NCBI GenBank assembly: GCA_937146725.1
Contig: CAKZRU010000110.1
Location: 13,737-77,736, forward strand
DNA from: an uncultured Myxococcales bacterium
GTDB taxonomy: Bacteria > Myxococcota_A > Bradymonadia > UBA7976 > VGTA01
Reading direction: 5' to 3'
DNA: 64,000 nucleotides
Shown: positions 45,718 through 55,572 of the stretch, one piece after another
Numbering within the stretch: position 1 is the first letter of the stretch
How the letters are laid out: every line of letters begins with the position of its first letter
Made by a program: the position numbers and the translations under genes
Notes under the pieces: model-generated
Databases searched by the model: none
What the model was told of the DNA's origin: nothing
The model's input: the letters and a program-made list of their open reading frames with translations, nothing else

Positions 45718-47307
45718 ATGAGTCATCAATCACGTAGTCAGCAATTATTAAATCTACACACTCACCAAGAGCCATGGGATGTAGTGATTATAGGTGGTGG
45801 AGCAACAGGCTTAGGCGTAGCACTCGATGCAAGCTCTCGCGGCTTAAAAACCTTACTGATTGAGCGCAGTGACTTTACTAAGGGTACGTCAAGTCGAAGC
45901 ACCAAACTTGTGCATGGTGGAGTACGCTATCTACGGCAAGGTCAAGTTTCCTTAGTTCTTGAAGCCCTAAAGGAAAGAGGCTTACTCAAGGCAAACGCAC
46001 CGCATTTGGTTAGACCATTACGCTTTATACTCCCTGCCTTTAAATGGTGGGAACGCTATTTCTATACAATAGGCCTAAAGCTGTATGATCTACTTGCTAG
46101 AAGTTTAAGCTTTGGCAAAAGTATCATGCTCAATAAAGCTGAAGTCATTAAAGAACTCTCAACCTTGGATGCTCAACGGCTCAGGGGTGGAGTAATGTAT
46201 TATGATGGACAAATGGATGATGCTCGCTTAGGGCTTGCTCTTGCCAAAACCGCCAGTCGTGAGGGCGCCACTGTTTTAAATTATTGTGAGGCCATTCGCT
46301 TTGCTTACGATGAAAAAGGTCAAGTCAATCAAGTCAGCTTTAAGGATCACTTGGCTTCTCATACAGCTCAAGAATATACTGTCCAAACTCGCTCCGTTGT
46401 GAATGCAACCGGGGTTTTTGTAGATGAACTAAGGCTCTTAGAAGACCAACAACAAAAACCTTTAATTAAGCCTTCACAAGGTGCACATCTGGTATTACCC
46501 AAAAGTTTTTTACCGGGTGATAGTGGGATTATCTTTCCAGAAACAGCGGATGGACGAGTTTTATTTGCAATTCCTTGGTTTGATAGAGCCTTAGTCGGCA
46601 CGACTGATCATTTTAAAGATCAGCCTGAAAGCGAACCCATTCCTTTAGAGTCAGAACTCAACGAAATCCTTTGTCTATTACAAGAACATGTTACGCCGGC
46701 ACCTCAAAAAGAAGATGTCCTTTCGGTTTTTGCTGGTTTACGTCCCTTGGTCATTCCGGACAAGAGCCAACACTCCGCAGCGATTTCTCGTGAACATACA
46801 GTCATGTTTGGGCAATCGGGTATCTGCCATGTCACCGGGGGTAAATGGACTACTTATCGCAAAATGGCCGAAGATGTTTTAGATGCTCTTGCTCAACATA
46901 AGCTCATTCCTCATTCCATATGCAAAACTAAGGAGTTACCCTTGGTTGGTTGGCAAAAAGAAGAAGGAAATATCAATCATATCAGCATTTATGGTGCCGA
47001 AAGAGCTTTAGTCAATCAACTTGCTCAAGATATGTCAGAGGGACAGCACAAACTACATCCTCGCCTTCCATATATTTATGCAGAAGTGATTTATGCCGTT
47101 CGTATGGAGTGGGCAATGACTGTTGAAGACATCCTATCAAGGCGCACACGCGCTTTATTATTAGATGCACAAGCATCCATAGAGTGCGCACCAAAAGTTG
47201 CTCAGCTTATGGCTCAAGAGCTTGAATATGATCAAAAGTGGATCGATGAACAAATTAAGCAATATACTCAGCTTGCTCAAGGCTACTTATGGCCTAAGCA
47301 AGCTTAG
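45718..47307 (+). CDS. glpD: FAD-dependent glycerol-3-phosphate dehydrogenase
   Basis: WDVVIIGGGATGLGVALDASSRGLKTLLIER.DF..GTSSRSTKLVHGGVRYL, 529 aa. Confidence 0.9.
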   Translation: MSHQSRSQQLLNLHTHQEPWDVVIIGGGATGLGVALDASSRGLKTLLIERSDFTKGTSSRSTKLVHGGVRYLRQGQVSLVLEALKERGLLKANAPHLVRPLRFILPAFKWWERYFYTIGLKLYDLLARSLSFGKSIMLNKAEVIKELSTLDAQRLRGGVMYYDGQMDDARLGLALAKTASREGATVLNYCEAIRFAYDEKGQVNQVSFKDHLASHTAQEYTVQTRSVVNATGVFVDELRLLEDQQQKPLIKPSQGAHLVLPKSFLPGDSGIIFPETADGRVLFAIPWFDRALVGTTDHFKDQPESEPIPLESELNEILCLLQEHVTPAPQKEDVLSVFAGLRPLVIPDKSQHSAAISREHTVMFGQSGICHVTGGKWTTYRKMAEDVLDALAQHKLIPHSICKTKELPLVGWQKEEGNINHISIYGAERALVNQLAQDMSEGQHKLHPRLPYIYAEVIYAVRMEWAMTVEDILSRRTRALLLDAQASIECAPKVAQLMAQELEYDQKWIDEQIKQYTQLAQGYLWPKQA

Positions 47308-47341
47308 AAAAACCTAGGAAAAAGCTTAGGAAAAACTTAAG
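47303..47341. repeat. Three and a half tandem 11-bp units CTTAGGAAAAA
   Basis: CTTAGAAAAAC / CTAGGAAAAAG / CTTAGGAAAAA / CTTAAG. The first unit contains the glpD stop TAG (47305-47307). Confidence 0.85.
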
Positions 47342-47360
47342 ACCTTTTATATTTAGAAAA

Positions 47361-48485
47361 CTAAAACTTAAGTGTCCACTTGGCTTCTATACCGTCAAAT
47401 AGTGAAGCAGGAGAGCTTAAAGGATTAAATGACCAAGCACTAAGAGGAGTATCAGCTTTTAGGTCAAGGTCATGATGAGCAAGATCGCCTTGGCGCCGTG
47501 CTTGTTCTAAGACGGCAGCGTTAGGTCCTTCATAAAAGAGCATCCACAAACCGGCCCCTAAGCTTGCTAGTCCGGCAGTCACCATAACAGATCCCCACAA
47601 CTGCTTACTTTTATATGAATCTTGGTCAGCTTGATATTCTGTTAAATAGCTTTGGCGTTCAGCAGGGTTTTTGAACTCATTAGGATACTCTCTCGCTTCA
47701 ACTTCAGCGGCTAAAGTACTCGCACTGCTTGCTTGTAAAGAGCCCATACCTAATAGGCTCACTCCGATCACTGTTGTTGAAAGAGCAAGCTTGAGCTGAT
47801 GTTGTTCAAAGAATGTTTCTTGGGGAATCTTAGTTAAAGATACATTCAAAGGCTTAAACGCTTGCGCACGTTGGGAGTTACTCACATCAATCTCAATCCA
47901 TTTAGATAAGTAGCCTGGAGCACTTACCTTAACCCGTTGATAATGAGCTAACAAAACTTCACGCTGATGTGGTAAAGTACCCCACTCTTGACCTTGGTAA
48001 GAAAGGCTTGCGTTTGGGGTGGATGTATCGACTGTAATCTTCGCATAACAACGTTTCTTAAAGCCCTTGTAGCGTAGCATACCACGATCTTTATTAGGAC
48101 AGACGCTTTCTTTACAGGCGTTTAAATAGGCTGACCATGATTGATCCTCGGCTTGACAGGCATCCGGAATTTTAGCGTAAGTAGATGCAATAAATAAGAG
48201 AAGCTTATTATCTTGGTAAGTAAGATAAGCCTCTCGCCATAAGCGAATCGCTTCCTCGTATTGCCCAGCTTCAAAGCGTTCTCTACCTTGGGACTGTAAT
48301 AAAAATGCCTTTTGCCGTGCTGAGTCATTTGCATTTGCATAGCTAAGATCTCTAAAAACAAAAGAATTTAGCAATAGGGTAAAAAGGATAAATGTGAAAA
48401 GGCTGTGCTTATTTGACAAAAGCAGAGTCCTTAAAAAATGTGGATATGAAAACATCACTAATATGCTCACAAGGTAATTAGGCAT
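47361..48485 (-). CDS. Hypothetical protein with a TPR-like and a PEGA-like segment and a C-terminal hydrophobic region; downstream of kinase 1
   Basis: FEAGQYEEAIRLWREAYL is TPR-like and VKVSAPGYLSKWIEIDV is PEGA-like. There is a 42-nt gap after the kinase gene on the same strand. Confidence 0.45.
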   Translation of the reverse strand: MPNYLVSILVMFSYPHFLRTLLLSNKHSLFTFILFTLLLNSFVFRDLSYANANDSARQKAFLLQSQGRERFEAGQYEEAIRLWREAYLTYQDNKLLLFIASTYAKIPDACQAEDQSWSAYLNACKESVCPNKDRGMLRYKGFKKRCYAKITVDTSTPNASLSYQGQEWGTLPHQREVLLAHYQRVKVSAPGYLSKWIEIDVSNSQRAQAFKPLNVSLTKIPQETFFEQHQLKLALSTTVIGVSLLGMGSLQASSASTLAAEVEAREYPNEFKNPAERQSYLTEYQADQDSYKSKQLWGSVMVTAGLASLGAGLWMLFYEGPNAAVLEQARRQGDLAHHDLDLKADTPLSAWSFNPLSSPASLFDGIEAKWTLKF

Positions 48486-48527
48486 TTCAACCGTTTTAAG
48501 CTGTTATCCCCACACATTTCAAGCACT

Positions 48528-50579
48528 TTAGAACAGAGGCTTAGTCACATTGATCACACTAGACTTAATACAGTCTTTACCATAGCAAGCTTTAATGGTG
48601 CATTTACCGGCCTTGATAAACTCGATTTTATTCTTAGACTTACTTAACCAACGAGCACAAGAACCTAAGCTAATCGTTCCTTTAAGGCCTTTGGTTGAAC
48701 TCGGTAACTTTAAACGAACCTTCTGACCTACATCATAGGAAACCCCATCGGGAATAATACGAACTCGGCCATTGACCTTAGGTTTTGATCGTTTTTTCTT
48801 TCTCTTGATGGGACGTTTTTTCTTAGTTTTCAGTTTTGACCGAGTATAATTCTTTTTAGCCTTTATGGTTTTAGCTTTGGCTACAGAACTAGTCTTGGCA
48901 GTTTTTGGTTTAGCTGAAGCAAGTTCTTGATCTTGGCTGACACTTTGATCTTGGCTGACACTTTGATCTTGGCTGACACTTTGATCTTGGCTGACACTTT
49001 GATCTTGGATAATGCTTTGATCTTGGCTGACACTTTGATCAGCAATCATTTCTTGATCATTTACTACTGCTTGTTGCTGAGTTGATTTAACCTCTAAATC
49101 ATAAGCGAGTGAAGCATCTACAGGTAGTTTAAGAATATGGGCTGCTGATGGGTCTTGCTGATGGTTTTGGCTATGATCTGAAGACTTGGAAGTGGATATG
49201 AACCATGCAACCAATACAACTGTTAGCACGGAAGCGATCAGCAGAGGCCAAGAGAAACTTGAGCTTTCAGTCAGCTTTTTTAAGGCTTGTGTATTTTGCT
49301 TCGCCTCAAAGTTTTCTTCATGAGCAGAAGTACTGATCACTTCCTTACTCAATGCTTCGTGAGCATCTTCAGACACTTGATTGGCATCGATGGCAGGCGC
49401 TATCTGTACAGACTGAGCCGGTGCAAGTGACACAGGTGTCTCATCGGTCGAGCTTGGATCAGCAATAGGAACTTCTTCAAAAAAGTCTGGCTGGTGACCC
49501 GCTTGAGTTTGCTGTTGAGGCTCGTCAGAAGGCGAAGGCGCTGGGCTGTCCACTTTATTGACTGCAAACATATCATCAATCAAGGCATCAGCATTTTGAT
49601 CTTCGGCTAAATCTAGCATCTGCTCAAAAACCGGATCGGCTTTTTGTACGGTTGTTTTGCTTTGATTAATGGATTGCCCGGCCAAAGAAATCGCTCTAAA
49701 ACTACCGGTTGTTAAGGCATTTGATGAGACTGAGTAGACCTGCCAAATTCGTTCAATACGGCCAAGGATTTCTTTCATTTCAGAAACTCTTTTACGTACA
49801 TCTTTGTGGGTCATGAGCTTCAGAATCTCTTGCAGTTCCGCCACTAAGTTTGATGAATATTGAGGTAATTCTAATTTGGGCATTGGAGATTGCATTTGAT
49901 GTCTCATGATTGAGAAATAGCTCTCATCATCAAAGGGAACAACGCCCATAAGCATATGATAAAATACAATCCCTAAGCTATAAATATCACTACGATGATC
50001 CACAAGCTTAATATTAACGATTTGCTCGGGAGACATATAGTGAGGCGTACCCATAATTTGACCGGTCACTGTCAAACTTTCTTGCTTACCACCAATCACC
50101 TTGGCAATACCAAAATCTAATAGCTTAACAAAGCCTGGTCCTTTCATGGGCTGATTTAAGAAAATATTAGGGGGTTTAATATCTCGGTGAACCGTTTTTT
50201 GCGCATGAGCCACTTCAAGAGCTGAACCTACTTGATACAAAACATCTAAACAGAGTTCGATGGGTAAGGACTCTTTGGGCTTGAGCTTGTCATGTAAAGA
50301 GACCCCTTTGAGAAGCTCTGACACCAAAAAACAACGTCCATTTTCATCTTGTCCAAAGTCATAAACTCTTAGAATATTAGGATGCTCAAAACTTGAGGCA
50401 ACCTGTGACTCCGTTTTAAAACGAGCCACCATCTCTTCTTGGTTCTCGTTAGCAAGATTCAGCACCTTAACCGCAACTTCACGATTCAAGGTATTATCGT
50501 GCGCTCGCCAAACAGACCCAAAGCCTCCTTGTCCCAGCTTGTCTATAAGTTGATAACGACCTCTGATCACTTCTGTCAT
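48528..50579 (-). CDS. Hanks-type Ser/Thr protein kinase, single-pass membrane protein, with a repeat-containing Lys-rich extracytoplasmic tail
   Basis: GQGGFGSVW, AVK, HRDIKPPN, DFGIAK and GTPHYMSPE. TM helix WPLLIASVLTVVLVAWFI. (QDQSVS)n, then a K/R-rich stretch and a C-terminal Cys-containing domain. Confidence 0.9.
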   Translation of the reverse strand: MTEVIRGRYQLIDKLGQGGFGSVWRAHDNTLNREVAVKVLNLANENQEEMVARFKTESQVASSFEHPNILRVYDFGQDENGRCFLVSELLKGVSLHDKLKPKESLPIELCLDVLYQVGSALEVAHAQKTVHRDIKPPNIFLNQPMKGPGFVKLLDFGIAKVIGGKQESLTVTGQIMGTPHYMSPEQIVNIKLVDHRSDIYSLGIVFYHMLMGVVPFDDESYFSIMRHQMQSPMPKLELPQYSSNLVAELQEILKLMTHKDVRKRVSEMKEILGRIERIWQVYSVSSNALTTGSFRAISLAGQSINQSKTTVQKADPVFEQMLDLAEDQNADALIDDMFAVNKVDSPAPSPSDEPQQQTQAGHQPDFFEEVPIADPSSTDETPVSLAPAQSVQIAPAIDANQVSEDAHEALSKEVISTSAHEENFEAKQNTQALKKLTESSSFSWPLLIASVLTVVLVAWFISTSKSSDHSQNHQQDPSAAHILKLPVDASLAYDLEVKSTQQQAVVNDQEMIADQSVSQDQSIIQDQSVSQDQSVSQDQSVSQDQSVSQDQELASAKPKTAKTSSVAKAKTIKAKKNYTRSKLKTKKKRPIKRKKKRSKPKVNGRVRIIPDGVSYDVGQKVRLKLPSSTKGLKGTISLGSCARWLSKSKNKIEFIKAGKCTIKACYGKDCIKSSVINVTKPLF
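48927..49040. repeat. About 6.3 tandem 18-bp units (TTGATCTTGGCTGACACT) encoding (QDQSVS)n
   Basis: Units start at 48927, 48945, 48963, 48981, 48999 and 49017. Read directly. Confidence 0.9.
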
Positions 50580-50782
50580 GCTGTATTTCTCAAAGGGCTT
50601 TCATGGTTTTGGCGAAATGGAATTAGATAGTTATCATTAAGTGCTAAAATGTACAATCATCTTTAAGTAGCATATGAGTTAAAGAATAAGCAAACTTCCT
50701 CTACCACTTAAAAAAGCACTAGGGTATGTAATAGCAGATAACAAATCATGAATGAATTAGCATACAAAGTCGAGAAATAGAA

Positions 50783-52147
50783 ATGGTCATCTTAAGTAAG
50801 GCATCTCTTTCTAAATGTGTATTTATCATTGCTCTGTTTAATTTAGTTTCAGCCTGTACAGAGTTCCCTGCTTTTCCGGATATCCCTATTCAAGGTGACA
50901 TGGCAGTGATCGATGCAATGCTAGACATGGAAATCATTGAAGATATGCAGATCGTAGACATGGATATGCTGCTTGAAGCTGACATGGATATGCTGCTTGA
51001 AGCTGACATGGATATGCTACTTGAAGCTGACATGGATATGATGCCCATTGAAATGCCGGATATGATGCTTGACTCTAATTTCACTGAAACTGTGTGTAAC
51101 GCTAGTTTACATATTGAAGGCAGTGAGCGGCGTATCATAAATGGTGAAATACAAACAGGAGAGCCTTTGCCCTGCAATCTTGTGGGAGAGCGTTTCTTAA
51201 GAGTCGATCCGGTTAACGATGTTTTATTATCTGCTGAGTTACCCAATAATCCAAGAATTGATGATGGAGTGACTAGTGCCACAACCAATTATACTTATTT
51301 CTTTATGGCGAGAGAGGTTACATTTAAGCAGTATGAATCGGTATGTACTGCAACAGAGCGTCCCGAAGATGCGACTACTCGTATCAATCAAGCGACATGC
51401 TTTGCCCCAACATATTTGTCAAGTTTTGTGCCGGCAAATAAAGTCGATGATTGTTCCATTCAAAAACAGCCCATTTTTGATGCTTCGGCCGATGGTATGA
51501 TGAGTTTGGGAGAAGAACAGGCTGATTTGCCAATGAACTGTGTTGATTGGGAAAGCGCTACTAATTTCTGTCGTCAAATTGGTGGGCGTTTACCAAGTGA
51601 GGCCGAATGGGAAATTGCCACCACATATGGACGAAGCTTGTTTCCAACACCTTGGCCCGATTCAATCGAAGATACGCAAGTTTGTCAGTATGCCAATGTT
51701 GCCTACCCTGACACAGATTCATGCCAATCAAGTAATCCTACCTATATTGACGAAACGGGGAATGAGCAATATTTCCAAGTTAGACCCACCTGTTGGGGAG
51801 AGAATAATCCCAATTCAGAAGTAAACCCCATCATTTGTGATGCTGTGGGCAATGTATCAGAATGGACCTTGGATGATTATGTTGCAAGTTTCCCCACTGA
51901 GCCGTCTACCGGCAGTCCTTATTTAATCAATGCACAAAACCTAAATGCTTGCCCTGGAACAGCAGTAAATAAAGTAACTAAAGGTGGTGATGCCGAAACC
52001 GGATCGATTCAACAACAGGAGCCTATCATTCGCTTATTTGGCCGAAAGGGAGAGTCCTGTGATGATGAGATCATTGGACCTTATATTGGCTTTCGCTGTG
52101 TGATTTCAGACCAAAACCATGGTGTGCCTTCTTGGACAGCTGAATGA
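50783..52147 (+). CDS. FGE-sulfatase (SUMF1-like) domain lipoprotein
   Basis: Signal plus lipobox LFNLVSAC, acidic (DMDMLLEA)3, then RLPSEAEWEIAT, NVSEWTLDDY and GFRCV. Confidence 0.7.
   Translation: MVILSKASLSKCVFIIALFNLVSACTEFPAFPDIPIQGDMAVIDAMLDMEIIEDMQIVDMDMLLEADMDMLLEADMDMLLEADMDMMPIEMPDMMLDSNFTETVCNASLHIEGSERRIINGEIQTGEPLPCNLVGERFLRVDPVNDVLLSAELPNNPRIDDGVTSATTNYTYFFMAREVTFKQYESVCTATERPEDATTRINQATCFAPTYLSSFVPANKVDDCSIQKQPIFDASADGMMSLGEEQADLPMNCVDWESATNFCRQIGGRLPSEAEWEIATTYGRSLFPTPWPDSIEDTQVCQYANVAYPDTDSCQSSNPTYIDETGNEQYFQVRPTCWGENNPNSEVNPIICDAVGNVSEWTLDDYVASFPTEPSTGSPYLINAQNLNACPGTAVNKVTKGGDAETGSIQQQEPIIRLFGRKGESCDDEIIGPYIGFRCVISDQNHGVPSWTAE
50957..51043. repeat. 3.6 tandem 24-bp units (GACATGGATATGCTGCTTGAAGCT)
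   Basis: Units at 50957, 50981 and 51005, with a partial unit at 51029. In frame, encoding DMDMLLEA. Confidence 0.9.
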
Positions 52148-52196
52148 TGAGGACAGCTGAATGATGAGGACAGCTGAATGATGAGGACAGCTGAAT
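52134..52196. repeat. Three perfect 17-bp units GGACAGCTGAATGATGA plus a 12-nt partial copy
   Basis: Units at 52134-52150, 52151-52167 and 52168-52184, with a partial unit at 52185-52196. The first unit contains the last codons and the TGA stop (52145-52147) of the FGE-domain gene. Confidence 0.95.
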
Positions 52197-52229
52197 AATT
52201 AAGTGAATCCACTTTGAGTGAAGGAGTGA

Positions 52230-53612
52230 ATGATGAAAACTATGATCAATCGTTTGAGTGTTTTTTTAACCCAAGTCGCCGAGCGTTGGGTTCCAGACCC
52301 GATGACGATTGCCATTCTATTAAGTTTTATCACTTTGCTTATCGCTTTTTTTGGAGCCTCTAACGAACTTCAATATCAAGCCTTACCTCTTCTTGAGCTT
52401 TGGAGTGGAGGCTTGTGGAAACTACTTCCTTTCGCCATGCAAATGTGTTTGGTACTCATCACAGGACATGCTCTTGCGTCTACACCTTTTGTGCAAAAGG
52501 GCATTGTTAAACTATCGACTTTAGGGTCAACACCTAACAAAGCCATCGCCTTAACCACCTTAACCGCAATGTTGGCTGGCTTAATCAATTGGGGGCTTGG
52601 GTTAATCGTAGGGGCTTTTATGGCGAGAGAGGTGGGACTTGCCTGCCAAAGACAGGGTATTAAAGTTCATTATCCACTGCTAGGTGCAGCCGGCTATACC
52701 GGTTTATTGGTTTGGCATGGTGGGCTTTCGGGTACAGCACCGCTCAAAGTCACTCAAGCTCAGGATTTAGGCGAAATAGGAATTACTTTACAAGGTATTC
52801 CTCTTGATCAGACTTTATTTGGTACAAGTAACCTTATTCTACTTGGTGGTTTGCTCATCATCATTCCGGTGGTTCTCCAATTAATGAGCCCCAATGATGC
52901 TTCTGAGTTCCGAGAAGCCCGTGAATGGCAGGTGTCTGAACAGCCCAATGATGCTGGTCATTCAAAAGAAGACAGCATGAGTCAACTGGGATTTGTACAA
53001 AGTCTTGAACAAGGAAAAAGCTTATCCCTTGTTCTTGGCTTAAGCTTATTAATCAGCGCTTTGGTACAGATAAATTCAATTGGTCTGAGTAAGCTTGGTC
53101 TAAATCATATCAATCTTTTGGCACTGAGTTTAGGTTTAATCCTTCATCCATCCCTAAAGTCATATTTAAACGCAGCACAAGAAGCTGTCCAAAATTGCTT
53201 GGGAATCATCCTACAATTTCCACTATATTCCGGTATTATGGCCTTGATGTCAGGCGCCGGTTTGACCACTGCACTCACCGAGTTCATCAATAGTGTGGCA
53301 AGCGCTGACTCTTTATCGACTTTAACCTTCTTAATGGCAGGCTTAGTCAATCTCTTTGTTCCGTCTGGAGGTGGTCAATGGGCCGTACAAGGCCCCTTGG
53401 TTCTTAGTTCGGCACAAGAGCTGAATGCTTCCTTAGGCGAAGCGGTCATTGCCTTTGCTCATGGTGATGCATGGACCAATTTACTCCAACCCTTTTGGGC
53501 CTTACCTCTTTTGGCCATTACCGGACTTAAAGCTAAGGATATTGTTGGCTACACAGCTTCACTAATGATTATTTTGGGCCCTTGGTATTTTTTCGTGTTC
53601 TACTGCTTGTAG
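52230..53612 (+). CDS. atoE: Short-chain fatty acid transporter (AtoE family)
   Basis: MINRLSVFLTQVAERWVPDPMTIAILLSF... and ..MQMCLVLITGHALAS closely follow the E. coli AtoE N-terminus as I remember it. AAGGAG at 52221-52226. Confidence 0.75.
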   Translation: MMKTMINRLSVFLTQVAERWVPDPMTIAILLSFITLLIAFFGASNELQYQALPLLELWSGGLWKLLPFAMQMCLVLITGHALASTPFVQKGIVKLSTLGSTPNKAIALTTLTAMLAGLINWGLGLIVGAFMAREVGLACQRQGIKVHYPLLGAAGYTGLLVWHGGLSGTAPLKVTQAQDLGEIGITLQGIPLDQTLFGTSNLILLGGLLIIIPVVLQLMSPNDASEFREAREWQVSEQPNDAGHSKEDSMSQLGFVQSLEQGKSLSLVLGLSLLISALVQINSIGLSKLGLNHINLLALSLGLILHPSLKSYLNAAQEAVQNCLGIILQFPLYSGIMALMSGAGLTTALTEFINSVASADSLSTLTFLMAGLVNLFVPSGGGQWAVQGPLVLSSAQELNASLGEAVIAFAHGDAWTNLLQPFWALPLLAITGLKAKDIVGYTASLMIILGPWYFFVFYCL

Positions 53613-54744
53613 AATCTTGATGAATGGGCTGATTTCTTTTTTTGCTTTTCTTAGCCCTTTTTCCTTCTTGCCAAAACTGCTCTAAACCACGATGTTCGGC
53701 TAAGTCTTTCGGCCAAGGCGCTTCAAAGCAAAGTTCTTCCTCGGTAAAGGGATGAGTCAGTAATAAGCGAGCTGCGTGTAAGGCTAGTCTTGGCTCTCGT
53801 TTTTGTCTTGGGCCATATACCCATTCTCCTACAATTGGATACCCGATCTCCGAAAGATGAATTCTAATTTGATGGGTTCGTCCGGTAAAGATCTCTACTT
53901 CTAAAGCTGTGTAAGCCCCATGCGTTTGAACCACTTTATAGCGAGTCAAAGCCCACTGAGAGCGAATTTGAGGGCGTCCATCATCTTGTGAAACTACAGC
54001 TTGAACTGGCTCTTTGGGCATATTCTTATGTAAAGGATGCGTTTTGAGTGAGCCTTGCCGTGAGCCTCGTTTTCCTTTGCCCGCATCACGAACAAGCTGA
54101 CTTGAAATATAGGCACCTTTGCCCTGTACCACTCCTCTGACAATACAATGATAGATGCGTTTAACCGAGCGTTCCCTGAGCATTTCTTGCAAACGTCGGG
54201 CGGCAGGAACGGTTCGAGCAAACATCAACAAACCTGAGGTTTCCTTATCTAAGCGATGCACCACTCGAGGACGACGTGGCCCTTTACATAAGCGAGAGGC
54301 AGCTTGTAAAGCTGAATCCTCGTCATGATCATGGCCGGGAGCACTCAATAAGCCGGCTGATTTAGATAAAACAGCTAAAGCTTGATCTTGATAAATCAAC
54401 GTTGCTCCCAAAGCTTCTCGCTTACTTGGATTAGGGGCATTGGTATTAATTTCTAGAAAGTCACCAAGTTTAATGGGCGTTTCCCACTTGACTTTTACTT
54501 CGCCGGCCACACTCACTTTGCCAGTACTAATGAGCTTACGGGCTGCCTTGTGGCTGAGTTGGTATAAACTTCGTAGACAGGCATCTAATCGACCTTTAAT
54601 AGGACTTCTGACTTGAGTAATACCTAGGGGAAGCTTTGGTAATTCACTGTTCTCTTGCACTCCTTCGCTCGGGTGCTTGGAAGAACTTACTGTAGGAGTA
54701 TTCTCTGCACCTTCATTTTCAGTGTTAACCTGATCCTGAGACAT
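53569..54744 (-). CDS. RluA-family rRNA pseudouridine synthase with an S4-like domain
   Basis: HRLDKETSGLLMFA catalytic motif, TGRTHQIRIHL, an S4-like LSHKAARKLISTGKVSV, and a basic C-terminal tail. Confidence 0.85.
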   Translation of the reverse strand: MSQDQVNTENEGAENTPTVSSSKHPSEGVQENSELPKLPLGITQVRSPIKGRLDACLRSLYQLSHKAARKLISTGKVSVAGEVKVKWETPIKLGDFLEINTNAPNPSKREALGATLIYQDQALAVLSKSAGLLSAPGHDHDEDSALQAASRLCKGPRRPRVVHRLDKETSGLLMFARTVPAARRLQEMLRERSVKRIYHCIVRGVVQGKGAYISSQLVRDAGKGKRGSRQGSLKTHPLHKNMPKEPVQAVVSQDDGRPQIRSQWALTRYKVVQTHGAYTALEVEIFTGRTHQIRIHLSEIGYPIVGEWVYGPRQKREPRLALHAARLLLTHPFTEEELCFEAPWPKDLAEHRGLEQFWQEGKRAKKSKKRNQPIHQDSTSSRTRKNTKGPK

Positions 54745-54809
54745 ATATTTGCCTTAATCGATCACTCTATTGATCGCCTAATCTAAGAATAAAGAAACCT
54801 TAATGAGGT

Positions 54810-55382
54810 TTATTTTACAAAACGTAAAGGAAAAGATTCCCCTGATTCGGCTCGCCAAAGAACTTGGTCTTTTTGGCACCAAATCGTCATATCTCTTTGC
54901 CCACCAATTAAGCGAACACCTTGACCCGAACGCACCGGAGTCGTGGCTAAGCGATATTTTTTACCATCGACTAACAATTGGGCCTGCTGTGACTGAATTT
55001 TTAGTTTAAAAGCTAAGCTTAAACTCTGACTAATAATCAAGAGTTCATCGGCATCGCCTTGACTACTCATGGCTTGGGCAAGATGCTGAGATAAGCGATC
55101 TTGATCTAATGCCCATTCTCCTTCCCACCATGCGACAAAGCTAGAACGTTTATGTTGGCCAAGGTGCTTAAAGGAACAAGCATGATCTTGCTTTTCCCAT
55201 TCAGAAGTGCGTTTTTCTTGATCATTATCATTCTCAGCTTCGATGTTAAGTAATTCAGGAGATGAGACAATATGACAGGCGCTTAATAAAAATGAGCAAA
55301 CGTATATCAAAAGCAAGCGATTCTGCTTAAGACTAGTTTTGGAGGCAGATTGTTGAAGATAACTAAGCATGTGAGTCATCAC
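54810..55382 (-). CDS. Hypothetical lipoprotein
   Basis: N-terminal LLLIYVCSFLLSAC (lipobox-like). No other motif. Confidence 0.45.
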   Translation of the reverse strand: MMTHMLSYLQQSASKTSLKQNRLLLIYVCSFLLSACHIVSSPELLNIEAENDNDQEKRTSEWEKQDHACSFKHLGQHKRSSFVAWWEGEWALDQDRLSQHLAQAMSSQGDADELLIISQSLSLAFKLKIQSQQAQLLVDGKKYRLATTPVRSGQGVRLIGGQRDMTIWCQKDQVLWRAESGESFPLRFVK

Positions 55383-55572
55383 AGTAAATGGGGTAAGTTT
55401 ATGATGAAGATTATTTCATTTTCTGTAGTCTACACAAAAGTATTAAAGATGTGTATGCTTTTAAATCCTTGATTTAAGCACTAGGCTCATGCTGAATCAC
55501 TTTTAACTCAATCTTTATTAGTTTGTGTATAAATAAGCCCCGACAACTTAATCATCTAGGTTCAAAATTAAT

